A stretch of DNA of 63,893 bases, the filler included, from Octopus bimaculoides (taxonomy: Eukaryota): NCBI RefSeq assembly GCF_001194135.2. It is 5 parts of 4 records of this genome, joined end to end, with 100 filler letters (N's around TTAATTAATTAA, not from the genome) between each part and the next. Parts side by side here need not be neighbours in the genome. Positions count along the whole stretch, not along the records: positions 1 to 10,840 come from NC_068983.1; positions 10,941 to 39,496 come from NC_068987.1; 3 more parts are not named here. One strand, given 5' to 3'. Shown here piece after piece: positions 9,346 through 21,794 of this stretch. The first letter of the stretch is position 1; each line of letters starts with the position of its first letter. The position numbers and the translations under genes were made by a program. Under the pieces are notes generated by a model. That model was not told where the DNA came from. It did no database searches and was given only the letters and a program-made list of their open reading frames with translations.

Positions 9346-10720
9346 TTATTATTCCTTCGTAACACAGTGTAGGTAAAAATGCACCGGAGTCTTTAGTCAT
9401 GTGTCAAGTCACAAGGACCTCAGACAGATAATACTTTCCCTAAGATTTGTGTTGTGCCCAATAAGGCTGCTTTTTGCAAGACATCAATCGTGCACAGGAT
9501 TCCCACCCAGTTGCCTTAAGAAGTCTTAAAGTTTCAATGGAATTGAGCCCAGCGCTCCGATCACCACTGGTATCATTTCTAAATTACCCTCTCGCACTCC
9601 ATACAGTCTTGCCATTTCCACTTTCAATTCGGGGTATTTGATGATTTTTCAACCTCTTTACTCACAACATTCATGTCATTTGGTATGGCTACATCAATGA
9701 TCTGACAGTATTTGTCTCTCTTATTCAATATGACAATATGCGGCCGACGGTGTTCGATTACACGATCCGTCTGAAAATAAAAGTCCTAGAGTATCGTTGC
9801 TTTTACATCATCCTGCATAACTTTACTTGGTACATGCTCATACCAGTTCTCTGTTCACATTTTCCACACTCTTTCCACAGACTCTGCATTTCTGAGCGTC
9901 AGAAGTTTTATAAATGTTATACTTCACTGAATTGGTAGCGAGAGCCTGGTCTTGTGCAGACTTTCGGTGGTACGCTTCAAATCACCTCGCTCAAGCCATG
10001 CCCACAACGCTGCTTTATCCTTAACATCCTCTGCATTCCTTTCAAATTGTCCATGCATTCTCATTTCACGGTCTTTTTTCTCTTCTCCTCAGCTCTTTAG
10101 TTAAACTCTTCTTTGCCCATCATTTCAACTGCATTTGCAGCCTTATCTTTCGTGGTATTTTTCAGCAGGTCTTCATCACTATTTATCAAACACTCGGCAG
10201 GCGTTCTCCTTTCACTCCTTATACAATGATCTATACTAATTAGTCCTCTGCCACCATTCTTTTTTTTTTTTTTTTTTCATATACTGTCTGTTTACGTTTG
10301 CTTTAGGGTGTAGCGCCCCATGCAGCGTCATCAACTTTCTCGTCCTTCTATCCAGTGTTGATGTTTCCTCTTTAGTCCATTTGAGGATGGATGCACTATA
10401 TCTGACCAGCACAATTGCCCAAATATTCATTGCGGTAATCAAATTTTTGGCATTGAGGTTGGATTTCAACACCATCTTCACCCTTTTTTGATACGCCTCT
10501 CTAAACTTGACTTTCATTTCTCTGTGTAGAATGTCATCCAGCTCCAAAATCCCTAAATATCTATACCCGCTACCGTCGGGTTCACCCATGGTCTCTCCTG
10601 ATGGTAACCGCAATCCTCTGCAGGCTGCTTTCTTCCCTCTTTTCATATTAAGTGCTGAGCATTAGGTAATCCCAAATTCCATACCGATGTCCCTACCACA
10701 ATTCTGAACTGTTTTGGTTA
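9345..10720 (-). mobile_element. Degenerate R4/Dong-clade non-LTR retrotransposon (RT C-terminus to RLE endonuclease, 3'UTR)
   Basis: Minus-strand peptides: DIGMEFGI, YRYLGILE, LNAKNLITAMNIWAIVLVRYSA, LDRRTRKLMTLHGALHPKA, GRGL, MHGQF, AQDQAL, CRVCGK, RPHIVILNK, IIDVAIPND, IPVVIGALG, LQKAALLGTTQILGKVL*. Contains frameshifts and stops. Confidence 0.9.
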
Positions 10721-10840
10721 AGGAACGAGTCACCTTGGAAGAGTCTCCTTTTAATATTAACTTCTCCAAGGAATACATTACTTGAGTACAATTTGGTTTT
10801 CCACTTTTTCATGCTAAGCATCAAAAAATTTGTGATGTTG

Positions 10841-10940
10841 NNNNNNNNNNNNNNNNNNNNNNNNNNNNNNNNNNNNNNNNNNNNTTAATTAATTAANNNN
10901 NNNNNNNNNNNNNNNNNNNNNNNNNNNNNNNNNNNNNNNN
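10841..10940. other. Scaffolding gap with TTAATTAATTAA linker (assembly artefact); same at 39497-39596, 46888-46987, 60640-60739
   Basis: Four 100-nt blocks each have N44-TTAATTAATTAA-N44 structure. Confidence 0.95.
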
Positions 10941-12247
10941 CCTTACACCACCCACAAATCTGGTCAGTGGCTTTCAACATAAATAAGGATCAGATCGATA
11001 TTTAAAATATTGATCTTATCAAGTGGTCAGCATGGGAATAAAAACCATCAAAGGTAATAATTTATTGTGGTTTTAGAGTCAGGATTTGACTGCTATTTTT
11101 TCAGCGTGGTGGTATCTCTTGATACCCTGTATTATACAATGGGATTCTTTCAGTTTCTGTCTACCAAATCCACTCACAAGGCTTTGTTTGGCCTGAGGCT
11201 ATAGTAGAAGACACTTGCCTAAGGTGCCACACAGTGGGACTGAAACCAGAACCATGTGGCTGAACAGGAAGCTTCTTATCACAAAGCCACTCCTGCACAT
11301 AAATTTTAATAACCAAATCTTATATGGATCCTAGTTGAGAATCACTGGTTTAGTTGAACAGTTCAACCCCAGTACTTACAAAATAAGTACCTATTTTATT
11401 GATTCCTTTTTGCTGAACCACTAAGTTATAACCAACACCAATTATCAAATGGTTGGAGGTTGGGTAACAAATGCAAAGATACAAACATATAATGTGTGTG
11501 TGTACGTTATATACTTCCACACAGTTTCCATCTGCCAAGTTCACTCATGAGGCATTGGTCGGCCCAAAGCTATAATAGGAGATATTTGGCCCAAGGTGCC
11601 ACACAATGGGACTGAACCTAAAATCATGTGGTTGTGAAGCGAGTTTCTTAGCCATGCAGCCAAACCTGCACCTAGACTACAAACATCCAAATTAACTTGG
11701 TCATTTATTGACTCTGCAAAAATAGCCAAACAGAAGAAAATCTGGAAGAACTTAACCGATTTTATTGACAGAAATATGGTACAAGTGAATTCATAGAAAT
11801 AATCTTTTGTGATGTGACAGTTGTAAGATGAAAGAATCTGCAAACAAATGAAATATTTGCCATTTTCTTCAGTGCCTTTTCTGCTTATTGCAGCATATTA
11901 TACAGCCTTGGAATGCTTAGTATGAACTCGGTAGATTTTTACCATTTGAGATTTTAAGCTTCCCAGTTTTGGATTGGTGGGGAATCAATCAATCGGACAG
12001 AATTGTGGTTAAGTCACATGCAGTTGTGTTTGAGTTCAAATATTGTCTTTATCAATCACGTCTTTTGTCCTTGTAAGATCAATTAAACAAATACATCTAT
12101 CCTTGCAGAAAAGATTGTTTGCCAACATAACATGGTAGTCCTGGTTTAGGACTAATGTTGCTGTAATTTAGCCCCAGGAGACATCGTGTCAATGAATCTA
12201 CCATTTTTTTCCATTTATAAAGTGCGTGGAGATGAGAAATAGCAGCG

Positions 12248-12460
12248 AACCTGGTAGAAACCGCTTCTGGCTCTGTAGTACAAATGTCTTGTTTTCAAAA
12301 GTTCTGAATTAAAATCTTCCACCAAACCTTAGTCACAATTTATGTTCCTAACACTAGCTTAATGATAACTAAATTATTTTACTAAATTCTTTGTTATATT
12401 TAAAATTAATTGAAAAAAACACAGAGCATCTCAACAGAAATATAGTAATGAAAGGGTTAA
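12248..12460. mobile_element. Truncated copy of the same piggyBac-type MITE
   Basis: Near-identical body to 21572-21794. Ends AAAGGG-TTAA; the left TIR is missing. Confidence 0.8.
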
Positions 12461-13960
12461 TGTATATACATTGTCCATAGGTCGTCCTGAAATAACATAT
12501 TTTATTCTTTTATTCTGTTACTTCTTTTAGTCATTTGACTGTGGCCATGCTGGAGTACCACCTTTAGTCGAACAAATGAACCCCAGGACTTATTCTTTGT
12601 AAGCCTAGTACTTATTCTATCATGCTCTTTTGCCAAACCGCTATGTTACAGGGACACAAATACACCAGCACTAGTTATCAAGCAATGGTAGGGGACAAAC
12701 ACAGACACACATATATATGATGGGCTTCTTTCAAGTTTCCATCTACCATATTTACCCACATTGCTTTAGTTGGTCTGAGGCTATTGTAGAAGACACTTTC
12801 CCAAGGTGCCACGCACTGAGACTGAACCCGGAACCATGTGGTTGGGAAGCAAGCTTCTTACCAGACAGTAACAATGGCTAGCAAGACTGCCTCTCCATTT
12901 CATGCAGAGACCTTCTTCTGAATAAAATTGCTTATGCATTTCTCTGAGCCGAATATTATTTGGCTGGCATTCACCTCATAAGCAGCTCACCGTTTCTCTG
13001 GCATATTATATTTAGGACTTAATTCATTTCCAAGGTAACAGATTAAAAATTTGAAGGAGATTTAGCTGCTATTATGGCAAGTCAAGTGACCGCATAGCAG
13101 CGCCTTTGTTAGCTCGCCAGGAGTGGGCAAAGTTTAAATATGGGCTGTAACGATTTTATATTTTTTTTATGTGTTTCCCAAAGGCATTATTGGAATAAGC
13201 GAGAGGGCTTGAGATTGACTCCCTGACTCAACTCATCACAAATTCACTCCTATTCTTCAACACTGTTTATAATTATATTCCATATAGCAAAAAAAATAAT
13301 AATGATAATAATAATAATGATAATAATAACAATGTTTATTGACTTATTTCATTCATAAGACTTCCACCATTTTCTCCAGTGCAATCAGCTCAATCATAAA
13401 CACCACCACCATCACTTCCCCCATATCTCCTCCTCCTCCTCCTCTTCTTCTTCTGCTAACTCTTGTCACATTATGGACTTTCCTTTGTCTATTTCCAAAA
13501 TAATGGGTTCGCTTGATTCTTCCTTTGTCTTTTCCACAGAAGGATGATGCAGTAGGATGGACAAAAATGGAAGATGGTGGTGGTGGCAGTGGTGGTGGTG
13601 GCTGCAGTGATGGAATAGAATATCTCTTCAGTTTTATTCTCTTAGAACAAACATCTGTTTTCTTTCTTAAATAAATGCATCTGTGTATATCACTGCATAC
13701 ATCTACATTTTAAATATGCATGTGTGTGCATGTATGTGCACATGTACATGTGTGTATGAAAGGCCACATGTGTATTTTGTATATACGGCATAATATTCAT
13801 TTAATATCTATATAACATTCTATATTTTTTTATACAATATATAATACATCACACATTCTAATCTTCGTAATATATAAGAGTAAATAAAAGCATGTTCCAA
13901 TTTGTGTACATATTTAATTTTCATTTAATGTATGTATAACATTCTGTATGTTGTTATATA

Positions 13961-14345
13961 TGAGGGGAAGTCAAAAATTATATACATCCTTGTTTCTGTG
14001 ATTTATTAAAACAAAAACAGGGGTCGAACAATTACATAGTTATTCAAAAGAGTCTCCTTGCTTTTCGATGCACTTCTTCCAACGGTCCAACAAGCTTGAT
14101 TATTCCATCAGAGAAGAAGGTTTTGGGGTTGGTCAAACAGAGCCATTTATGCATTGCTTCTTGTGCTTCTTCAACAATAACAAATCACTGACCTTGTAAA
14201 GGATGTTTGAGTAGTCCTGAGAGGTGATAGTTGGAAGGAGTGAGATCTGAACTGTAAGCAGGATGTTCCAGCAACTTGAACCCCAAATTTTCAATGGTGT
14301 AAATCAGGCCTGGCCACCTTGAGTTGCAATGTGGGCCACTTTAAT
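13961..14345 (-). mobile_element. Mariner (Tc1/mariner) transposase 3' remnant with one TIR
   Basis: LEHPAYSSDLTPSNYHLSGLLK resembles the mariner HPPYSPDLAPSDYHLF motif. A TA(T)GAGGGGAAGTCAAAA terminal sequence lies at 13959-13977. Confidence 0.8.
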
Positions 14346-14798
14346 AACAGAAAGGTTTTTGAGGGCTGCTTGAATACTGACAGAATTTGTGCTAAATTTT
14401 TTCTATCGGTCTCTTTTTGCAAAATCACTAAGTTATGGTTACATAAACACACCTGCACAGTTCGTCAAGTGGTGGTGGCGGGGACAAACACATACACACA
14501 TATTTATATACCTCGATGGGCTTCGCTCAGTTTCCATCTACCAAATCCACTCACAAGGATTTGTTCGGCCTGACACTATGGTAGAAGAGACTTGCCAAAG
14601 GTGCAACACAGTAGGACTGAACCCAGAACCATGTGGTTGGGAAGCAAACTTCTTACCGCACAGCCATGCCTGTGCCTAATCAGTTTTACTTTTCTTTTTT
14701 TTTTTCCAATCCTTGGCAAAGATTAACTCTAATTGCCTCTTCAGCAAATGATGCAGGAAATTGAAAATATACATTATCTAAAAGAACTGATAAAGTCA

Positions 14799-15491
14799 TT
14801 AACTCTTTTGGTACCATATTTCTGTTGAAATCTGTTGCCTCTACTTCAGTCAATTTTTAAAATAATGAAGAATTTGTGGGTTTTTTTTTTTTTTTTTTTN
14901 NNNNNNNNNCTTGCTTACCAACCACATGGTTCCGGGTTCAGTCCCACTATGTGGCACCTTGGGCAAGTGTCCATAGGCATAGGAGTGGCTGTGTGGTAAG
15001 TAGCTTGCTTACCAACCACATGGTTCCGGGTTCAGTCCCACTCCATGGCACCTTGGGCAAGTGTCTTCTATTATAGCCTCGGGCCGACCAAAGCCTTTTG
15101 AGTGGATTTGGTGGAAGAAAACTGAAAGAAGCCCATCGTATATATGTATATGTATATATGTATGTCTGTGTATATGTTTGTGTGTCTGTTTGTCCCCCCA
15201 ACATCGCTTGACAACCAATGCTGGTGTATTTACGTCCCCGTAACTTAGCGGTTCAGCTAAAGAGACCAATAGAATAAGTACTAGGCTTACAAAGAATAAG
15301 TCCTGGGGTCGATTAGCTCGACTAAAAGGCGGTGCTCCAGCTTGGCCTCAGTCAAATCACTGAAACAAGTAAAAAAAAAAAAAGAGGATGCAATTTCGAT
15401 GGAAGGTTTTAATTTAGATCTTTTTGAAACAAGGAGTCTGAAATCATAGAACTAGAGGCGATCTCAGGAAGGTTGGTATCAAAAAGGTTGA
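14799..15491. mobile_element. Diverged related MITE (opposite orientation) split by nested SINE family B insertions
   Basis: Left arm TTAA-CTCTTTTGGTACCATATTTCTGTTGA (14799-14875) and right arm ...GGTTGGTATCAAAAAGG-TTGA (15384-15491) surround SINE sequence at 14910-15383. Confidence 0.6.
14910..15383 (+). mobile_element. SINE family B (tRNA-like head, internal (TA/TG)n microsatellite, conserved 3' body), representative copy with duplicated head
   Basis: Head GGTTCCGGGTTCAGTCCCACT..CACCTTGGGCAAGTG and tail GCTCCAGCATGGCCGCAGTCAAATGACTGAAACAAGTAAAA. About 25 copies in the window (e.g. 2270-2895+, 11190-11640-, 12500-12870-, 14380-14670-, 26010-26380-, 57170-57660+). Confidence 0.85.
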
Positions 15492-16101
15492 TAGGTTGCC
15501 CAGTTGTTTCTCTCAAAGTCTCTTGTTTTATTCTTTCACCGCATCTATTTTTGCTACTAGCAAATTTTAAAAGCAATGGAATTTTTATCTCTTCAACAAT
15601 ATGCAACACCATCTTCAGCCACCACTTGTATAAATTCAGACTCAACCAGCTGCTGTATCTCCCAGACAAATAGAAATAAATCCATTTTATCATTTTCATC
15701 TGGCTTCATAAAACTTAGGGTATCTTTTGAAAATTGATAATGAATATATGAATGGCCCCTACAGGATTCTCATTCTCATTTAGCACAGAGGGGTTATTTC
15801 TTATTAAGGGCTTAGGTTGGTTTTATAGAGTCTTGTCAAGTGTGAAAACTATTGTGATCTGTATTTTCAGGGAGTGAATTTTCTAACTGTAGATGTGTTT
15901 CACACTTCAGAAGTTGTTGAATAACAAAGTTGTATGGATGATAAATGGAAAAATTGTTCTACTACAGGCCAGTACACATAAGCATATGGGACTTCCATGG
16001 ACTTATATAATTTTACTGTTAGGAAATTATAGAATATTTAATGTAACATGTGTGTGTGAGTGTGGGGATAGGTGTGTATGTCTGTCTCTCTGTCACTGTA
16101 G

Positions 16102-16197
16102 CAACCAGACTGGATATTGTTATACACTGTTGGTTACAATGTGCTTCCTTGCATTGGTGTACCATTTTGAATGATACCAGCCTCACTGACTTGGCAA
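16102..16197 (+). CDS. Candidate orphan exon with an LRR_CC-like motif (TRLDIVIHCWLQCASLHWCTILNDTSLTDLA)
   Basis: Acceptor ctctctgtcactgtag, donor gtaggc, 96 nt phase 1-1. LxWCxxLNDxSLxxLA resembles cysteine-containing LRRs. No neighbouring exons found. Confidence 0.25.
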
Positions 16198-16803
16198 GTA
16201 GGCTTATATATGTATGTATGTATGTAAGCCGACTCAAGAAATCTCTAATGAGACTCGTTATTTTTGCATCTGAAGAGACCCAGAACGGGTTGAAACATGT
16301 GTTGTACCCAATAAAGTCTATTACAAATTCCTTCTATTTTATTAATACTGTTACCCTAACCACCACTACGAAGTTCCTGGTGGTGTGTTTACGTCCCCAT
16401 AACTTAGTGGTTCGGCAAAAGAGACCGATAGAATAAGTACTATGCTTACAAAGAATAAGTCCTGGGGTCGATTTGCTTGACTAAAGGCGGTGCTCCAGCA
16501 TGGCGGCACTGAAACAAGTAAAAGAGTAAAAGAGTATACCATTTTTTTGATCTTCTTAATTTGATTCCAATGCACACACGTGTGTGTGTGTGTGTGTGTG
16601 TGGCTATCAATCTATGAAAGTTGCTCTGTGATACTAGTGAATCTAAGTTCTGTGTCTATACATTATAATAACCAATTATCTGTTCTGTATGTCTGAAAAG
16701 TACTACATTAGTAGTCTTTTAAGATTAAACTTTAGTTCCTAACTTAGTATTCCCATATAAAACAGGTTTTCACTTCAATATAATGACATGAATTTATAAT
16801 ACT

Positions 16804-16852
<49 letters not shown>

Positions 16853-17904
16853 AAAAACAAAGAAAAACTAGAATTATTTTAGTTTTGAAGTTTAGTGTGT
16901 GTGTGTGAAGATGTGATTTTGAGAGATTGTTAGGAACATAATAGTGTCGATGATGAAATATTGCACCTGAAGATGGTTGGAGAAAAGACCAATTAAATAC
17001 AGTATAAATCTTAAACATGAGAGTAGATGATTTTAATAGCCTAATAATTCATACTATTTTAACAGATTTATGCTCTATTGTTTTTTTTTTTTAGACTAAT
17101 GAAGTGGTCCTCTGGTTTTTCACAAATGGTGATTAATGAGAAGATAACCCAAGGGAAAAAAAAAGATTTTGGTTAAGATTTTGTACAAGATTTCACATTC
17201 TAAGAATCCTAATTGGACTGTGTTTGACTGAAGTGTTTTAAATATTGCTGTTAAGTGTCTGGGTGGATAAGGAAACCAAAATCATGGGTCCTAAGTTCAG
17301 TTCTTATTGTGTCTTATGTTTTGGTGATTTTCTGAATTCCTCTTCATTGATACAAAGTGCAGGAATGGCTGTGTGGCAGGAAGTTTGCTTATCCTCTGGT
17401 TTTGGTTTCAGTCCCACTGCATGGCACCTTGGGCAAATGTCTCTGAGCTGACCAAAGCCTCGTGAGTGGATTTGGTAGATGTTGTGTGTGTGTGTGTGTG
17501 TTACTGTCTCCTTGCCTTATATCATGTAATAGTTGTCACCATGATGCAAGCATTATCCTTCATTTCCAATCTTCTGTGGACATGTGTCTGGTCATGGGGA
17601 AATACATGGCATGGAAACAGAGAAGGATTAGTGACAGGAAAGGCATCCAGCTGTAGAAAATTTGCCCCAACAAATTCTGTCTGAGTCATGCAAGCACGAG
17701 AAAGTGGACATTTAAGCAATGATGGTATGCAATCACTCTTTGATCCATATATAGACTAATATTGTATACAGAGTAAGATGTCTTTCGTCAACTTAGCTTT
17801 ATCAAAACAAGTTGCGGGCCTATAGATTGTAGGGGTTTGTAAAAGGATTCAATTTTAAAATGCTAGATAATAGAGATAGAAATGTCTTCAAAATATATAT
17901 ACTT

Positions 17905-18665
17905 TTATTCTTTTACTTGTTGCAGTCATTTGACTGTTGCCATGCTGGAGCACTGCATTTAGTCAAACAAATCAGCCTCAGGACTTATTCTTTGTGAGCC
18001 CAGTACTTATTCTATCGGTCTCTTTTGCCAAACTGCTAGGTTACGGGGACGTAAACAGACCAACATCGGTTGTCATGCGATGGTAGGGGGATAGACACAC
18101 AGACATACACACATATACTCTTTTACTTGTTTCAGTCATTTGACTGCGGCCATGCTGGAGCACCGCCTTTAGTCGAGCAAATCGACCCCAGGACTTATTC
18201 TTTGGAAGCCTTGTACTTATTGTATCGATCTCGTTTGCTGAACCGCTAAGTGACGGGGACGTAAACACACCAGCAGCGGTTGTCAAGCGATGTTGGGGGG
18301 ACAAACACAGATACACAAACACGCATACATATATATACATATATACATATATACGACGGGCTTCTTTCAGTTTCCGTCTACCAAATCCACTCACAAGGCT
18401 TTGGTCGGCCCGAGGCTATAGTAGAAGCCACTTGCCCAAGTTGCCACGCAGTGGGACTGAACCCAGAACCATGTGGTTGGTAAGCAAGCTACTTACCACA
18501 CAGCCACTCCCACGCCTATATACAACAGGCTTCTTTCAGTTTCTGTCTACCAAATCATCCACTCACAAGACTTCGGTCAGCCTGAGGCTATAGTAGAAAA
18601 CATTTGCCCAAGCTGGCACGCAGTGGGACTGAACCCAGAACCATGTGGTTGAGAAGCAAGTTTCT
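17905..18665 (-). mobile_element. Cluster of 2-3 SINE family B copies in tandem or nested arrangement
   Basis: The 3' body is repeated at 17905-18110 and 18118-18310. Heads lie at 18355-18515 and 18528-18665. Confidence 0.8.
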
Positions 18666-20333
18666 TTGGTAATATATCATTTTAATTTATTACCCTCATA
18701 TTTATGATATAAGATATATAAATGTATATATCTATGTGTGTGTGTGTGTGTCTGTTTGTCCCCTTCTCCCATCATCACTTGAGAACTGATGCTAATGTGT
18801 TTATGTCCATGTAACTTAGCGGGTCGGCGAAAGAGACCGATAGAATAAGTACTAGGCTTACAAAGAATAACTCCTGGGGTGGATTTCTTCGACTAAGACT
18901 GTTCAGGCAGTGCTCCAGCATGGCCACAGTCAAACGCCTGAAACAAATAAAGGAATAAATAAACAAAACTAAATGTAAACAATATTCGGAGATTTACACA
19001 TGCGTATACACATGCGTGCGTGCACACCGCATAAGGCTTGGACACGTTTTCCTCTCTCGTGTATAAAAATCCTTTTAGTCTTCCATCTTCTCTCGAAATG
19101 CTGTTTCCTTTTGTTGATTTAGATGTCTTTGATAACTTCGTTACTCTGTCATAAGTTTGACACCTTCCGGGTAACAAATGTTAAATCATTAAGCTGGTAT
19201 TGAACCTGGTTTTCATTATAACAGCAGCAAGATTTTTACTTCTTAAAAGTCAAGTCCTGTTGACACTGACACTTCAATATTATTTGCCAGTTGCCATCTG
19301 TTCACCAGACTTTCTTCAGTTTTTTGCCATATGGGCAAAGAACCAGCAAGGGAGCCTTTATATATATTGCTCGACCTACTAGAAATAGCAGTTGAATCTT
19401 GCTTTAAATCATACCCTACTGTCTTTAAATGAAAGCACATGGCTTAGTGGTTAGAGCATCGGCTTCACAATCATGAGATAGTGAGTTCAATTCCCAGTGC
19501 TCATTATAACTGAAATAATAATCCTTTCATGTATAGGCATGAAACCAGCAATTTGGGGGGAAGGGGTGACTCAGTTACATTGACCCCCCCTCCCCCTCAG
19601 TATTCAATTGGTACTTACTTTACTGACCCAAAAGGATGAAAGACAAAGCCGACCTTGGTGAAATTTGAACTCTGAATGCAAAGACAAAATGAAATGTATT
19701 TTACGTGGTGCGCCAATGATTCTGCCAGCTCACCACCTTAACTGAAACTAATAATGATTTCAAATTTTGGCACAAGGCCAGCAATTTTAGGGTTGGGGGN
19801 NNNNNNNNNNNNNNNNNNNNNNNNNNNNNNNNNNNNNNNNNNNNNNNNNNNNNNNNNNNNNNNNNNNNNNNNNNNNNNNNNNNNNNNNNNNNNNNNNNNN
19901 NNNNNNNNNNNNNNNNNNNNNNNNNNNNNNNNNNNNNNNNNNNNNNNNNNNNNNNNNNNNNNNNNNNNNNNNNNNNNNNNNNNNNNNNNNNNNNNNNNNN
20001 NNNNNNNNNNNNNNNNNNNNNNNNNNNNNNNNNNNNNNNNNNNNNNNNNNNNNNNNNNNNNNNNNNNNNNNNNNNNNNNNNNNNNNNNNNNNNNNNNNNN
20101 NNNNNNNNNNNNNNNNNNNNNNNNNNNNNNNNNNNNNNNNNNNNNNNNNNNNNNNNNNNNNNNNNNNNNNNNNNNNNNNNNNNNNNNNNNNNNNNNNNNN
20201 NNNNNNNNNNNNNNNNNNNNNNNNNNNNNNNNNNNNNNNNNNNNNNNNNNNNNNNNNNNNNNNNNNNNNNNNNNNNNNNNNNNNNNNNNNNNNNNNNNNN
20301 NNNNNNNNNNNNNAAAAAAAAAAAAAAGGGTTG

Positions 20334-20554
20334 GTCCTTTAGCATTTATGCAGGCCCATATCCATCTCCTACCTGTTCTATATTCAAACTGGCCAGATCC
20401 TGCATCTCACACCAACCTTACAGTGTTTTATACTAAAAATAAACAATCACATCATCAAAATCTCAAAGCTAAGAGATAATGTGTGATTAATTCAAAACAA
20501 TGTGAATAAATAAGCATTATATTTGACAGAGTAACCTGAATATTGAAGGGTTAA
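20334..20554. mobile_element. Second TTAA-type MITE family
   Basis: Begins (C)CTTTAGCATT and ends GAAGGG-TTAA. The body differs from 21572-21794. Confidence 0.55.
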
Positions 20555-21571
20555 AGGAATAGCAGAATAAAAGAACACATACTTGAGAATCTTTGGAAAT
20601 AGCAATGATTTGTCAAACACCATTTGAATTATATTCCCCCCACCCCCTACACAGCTCATGACTGTATATTATATATATATAAAACATACAAAGTCTTGCT
20701 GTGAAGGTTAATAATGCTCCATTGTAAATAAAAGACCTTAGATTTATCGGAGATGGTAAATAAGATTGTTTGATGTTTCAAAGAACATTAGCGGCTACAA
20801 AAGAAACTGTCTACCACAGACAATTAGAGCTAAGTTGCGTGTGTGCGCGCGCGCACACACACACCAAGGTGATGTGTGGGTTTGAGTTTACAATGTCCTG
20901 TTACATTTGAGTCAGTGAGTGGCTGGGATGGACATCTAAGGAGTTGTTCAATATGCCAGAAATAGCAGCCAGATTTCTCTTGCTCCACGTCTGCCTTGCC
21001 TTCTCTTTCTAGCAACTAATATACAAGTTTCGGTCAATAGCTGCCAGCTTTGATTGAGTAGAAGTGATATTTCTCTTTAGTCATATCCTAATTGAGAAAG
21101 ATATGTTTGATAATGTGGTACCGGGTGTATGTGCTGTACCCAGACAGGAACCGAAAGAGGAGGGGTGGTTACGATTTGAACCCCTTGTTCATAACTTGGC
21201 TGGATCTGGGCCGTTTGGGTAGAATTTGTATGTAAGTCTATCATCAAATGACGATGATAATATAATTGTGTGTGTGTGTGTGTTTTATATTAATAAATAA
21301 CCAGCAGAAGCTACAGAGTAACTCAAGGGCTGAGAGTTTCGTGTGTTGGTACTTATCAAACGCATGAAATTCTTGGTCCTTAAGTCACTCTGTAACTTTT
21401 GCCAATTATCAATTATAAAAAGAAAAAAACTATACTCAAGTTTTGAGTTCTGTTTTCCTGTTTGCATCACCAAACCTATACACACACACATACATATACA
21501 TGTATGTGTATTGTTTATCTCATAAGAATTCATAAGCTTTAAGAGGCATAAATGAAACATATCATATTTAA

Positions 21572-21794
21572 CCCTTTTGATACCAACCCAGCTGAAATTG
21601 CCCCTGGCTCTGTTAGTACAAATCTCTTGTTTTCATAAGTTCTGGATTAAAATCTTCCACCAAACTTTAGTCACTATTTATGTTCCTAACACCAGCTTAA
21701 TGATAACTAAGTTATTTTACTAAATTCTTTGTTATATTTAAAATTAATTGAAAGAAACACAGAGCATCTCAAACTAAATACTGTAACAAAAGGG
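21572..21794. mobile_element. Complete piggyBac-type MITE (CCCTTTT...AAAAGGG TIRs, TTAA target duplications)
   Basis: TTAA at 21568-21571 and 21795-21798 flank CCCTTTTG...CAAAAGGG. 223 bp, non-coding. Confidence 0.85.

Noticed and set aside
13353-13702. 116-codon stop-free minus frame with polyPro, plus a strong plus-strand acceptor at 13539
   Set aside because: Openness is largely explained by (CCA), (GAA) and (GGA) trinucleotide runs. Both strands are equally plausible and there is no homology, so it is not reported as a CDS.
14705-14745. Minus-strand CTGAAGA-GGCAA..TTGCC and a similar motif at ~16967-17000(+)
   Set aside because: No GAAA core or matching stem I; insufficient for a ribozyme call.
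14920-15060. tRNA-like A/B boxes in many copies
   Set aside because: No cloverleaf or acceptor stem. They are SINE heads, not tRNA genes.
14690-15720. Protein-like minus-strand frames (e.g. VPKELMTLSVLLDNVYFQF; ORF 15409-15699)
   Set aside because: They run through the arms of a non-coding TTAA MITE and contain stops and frameshifts. No coherent splice model.
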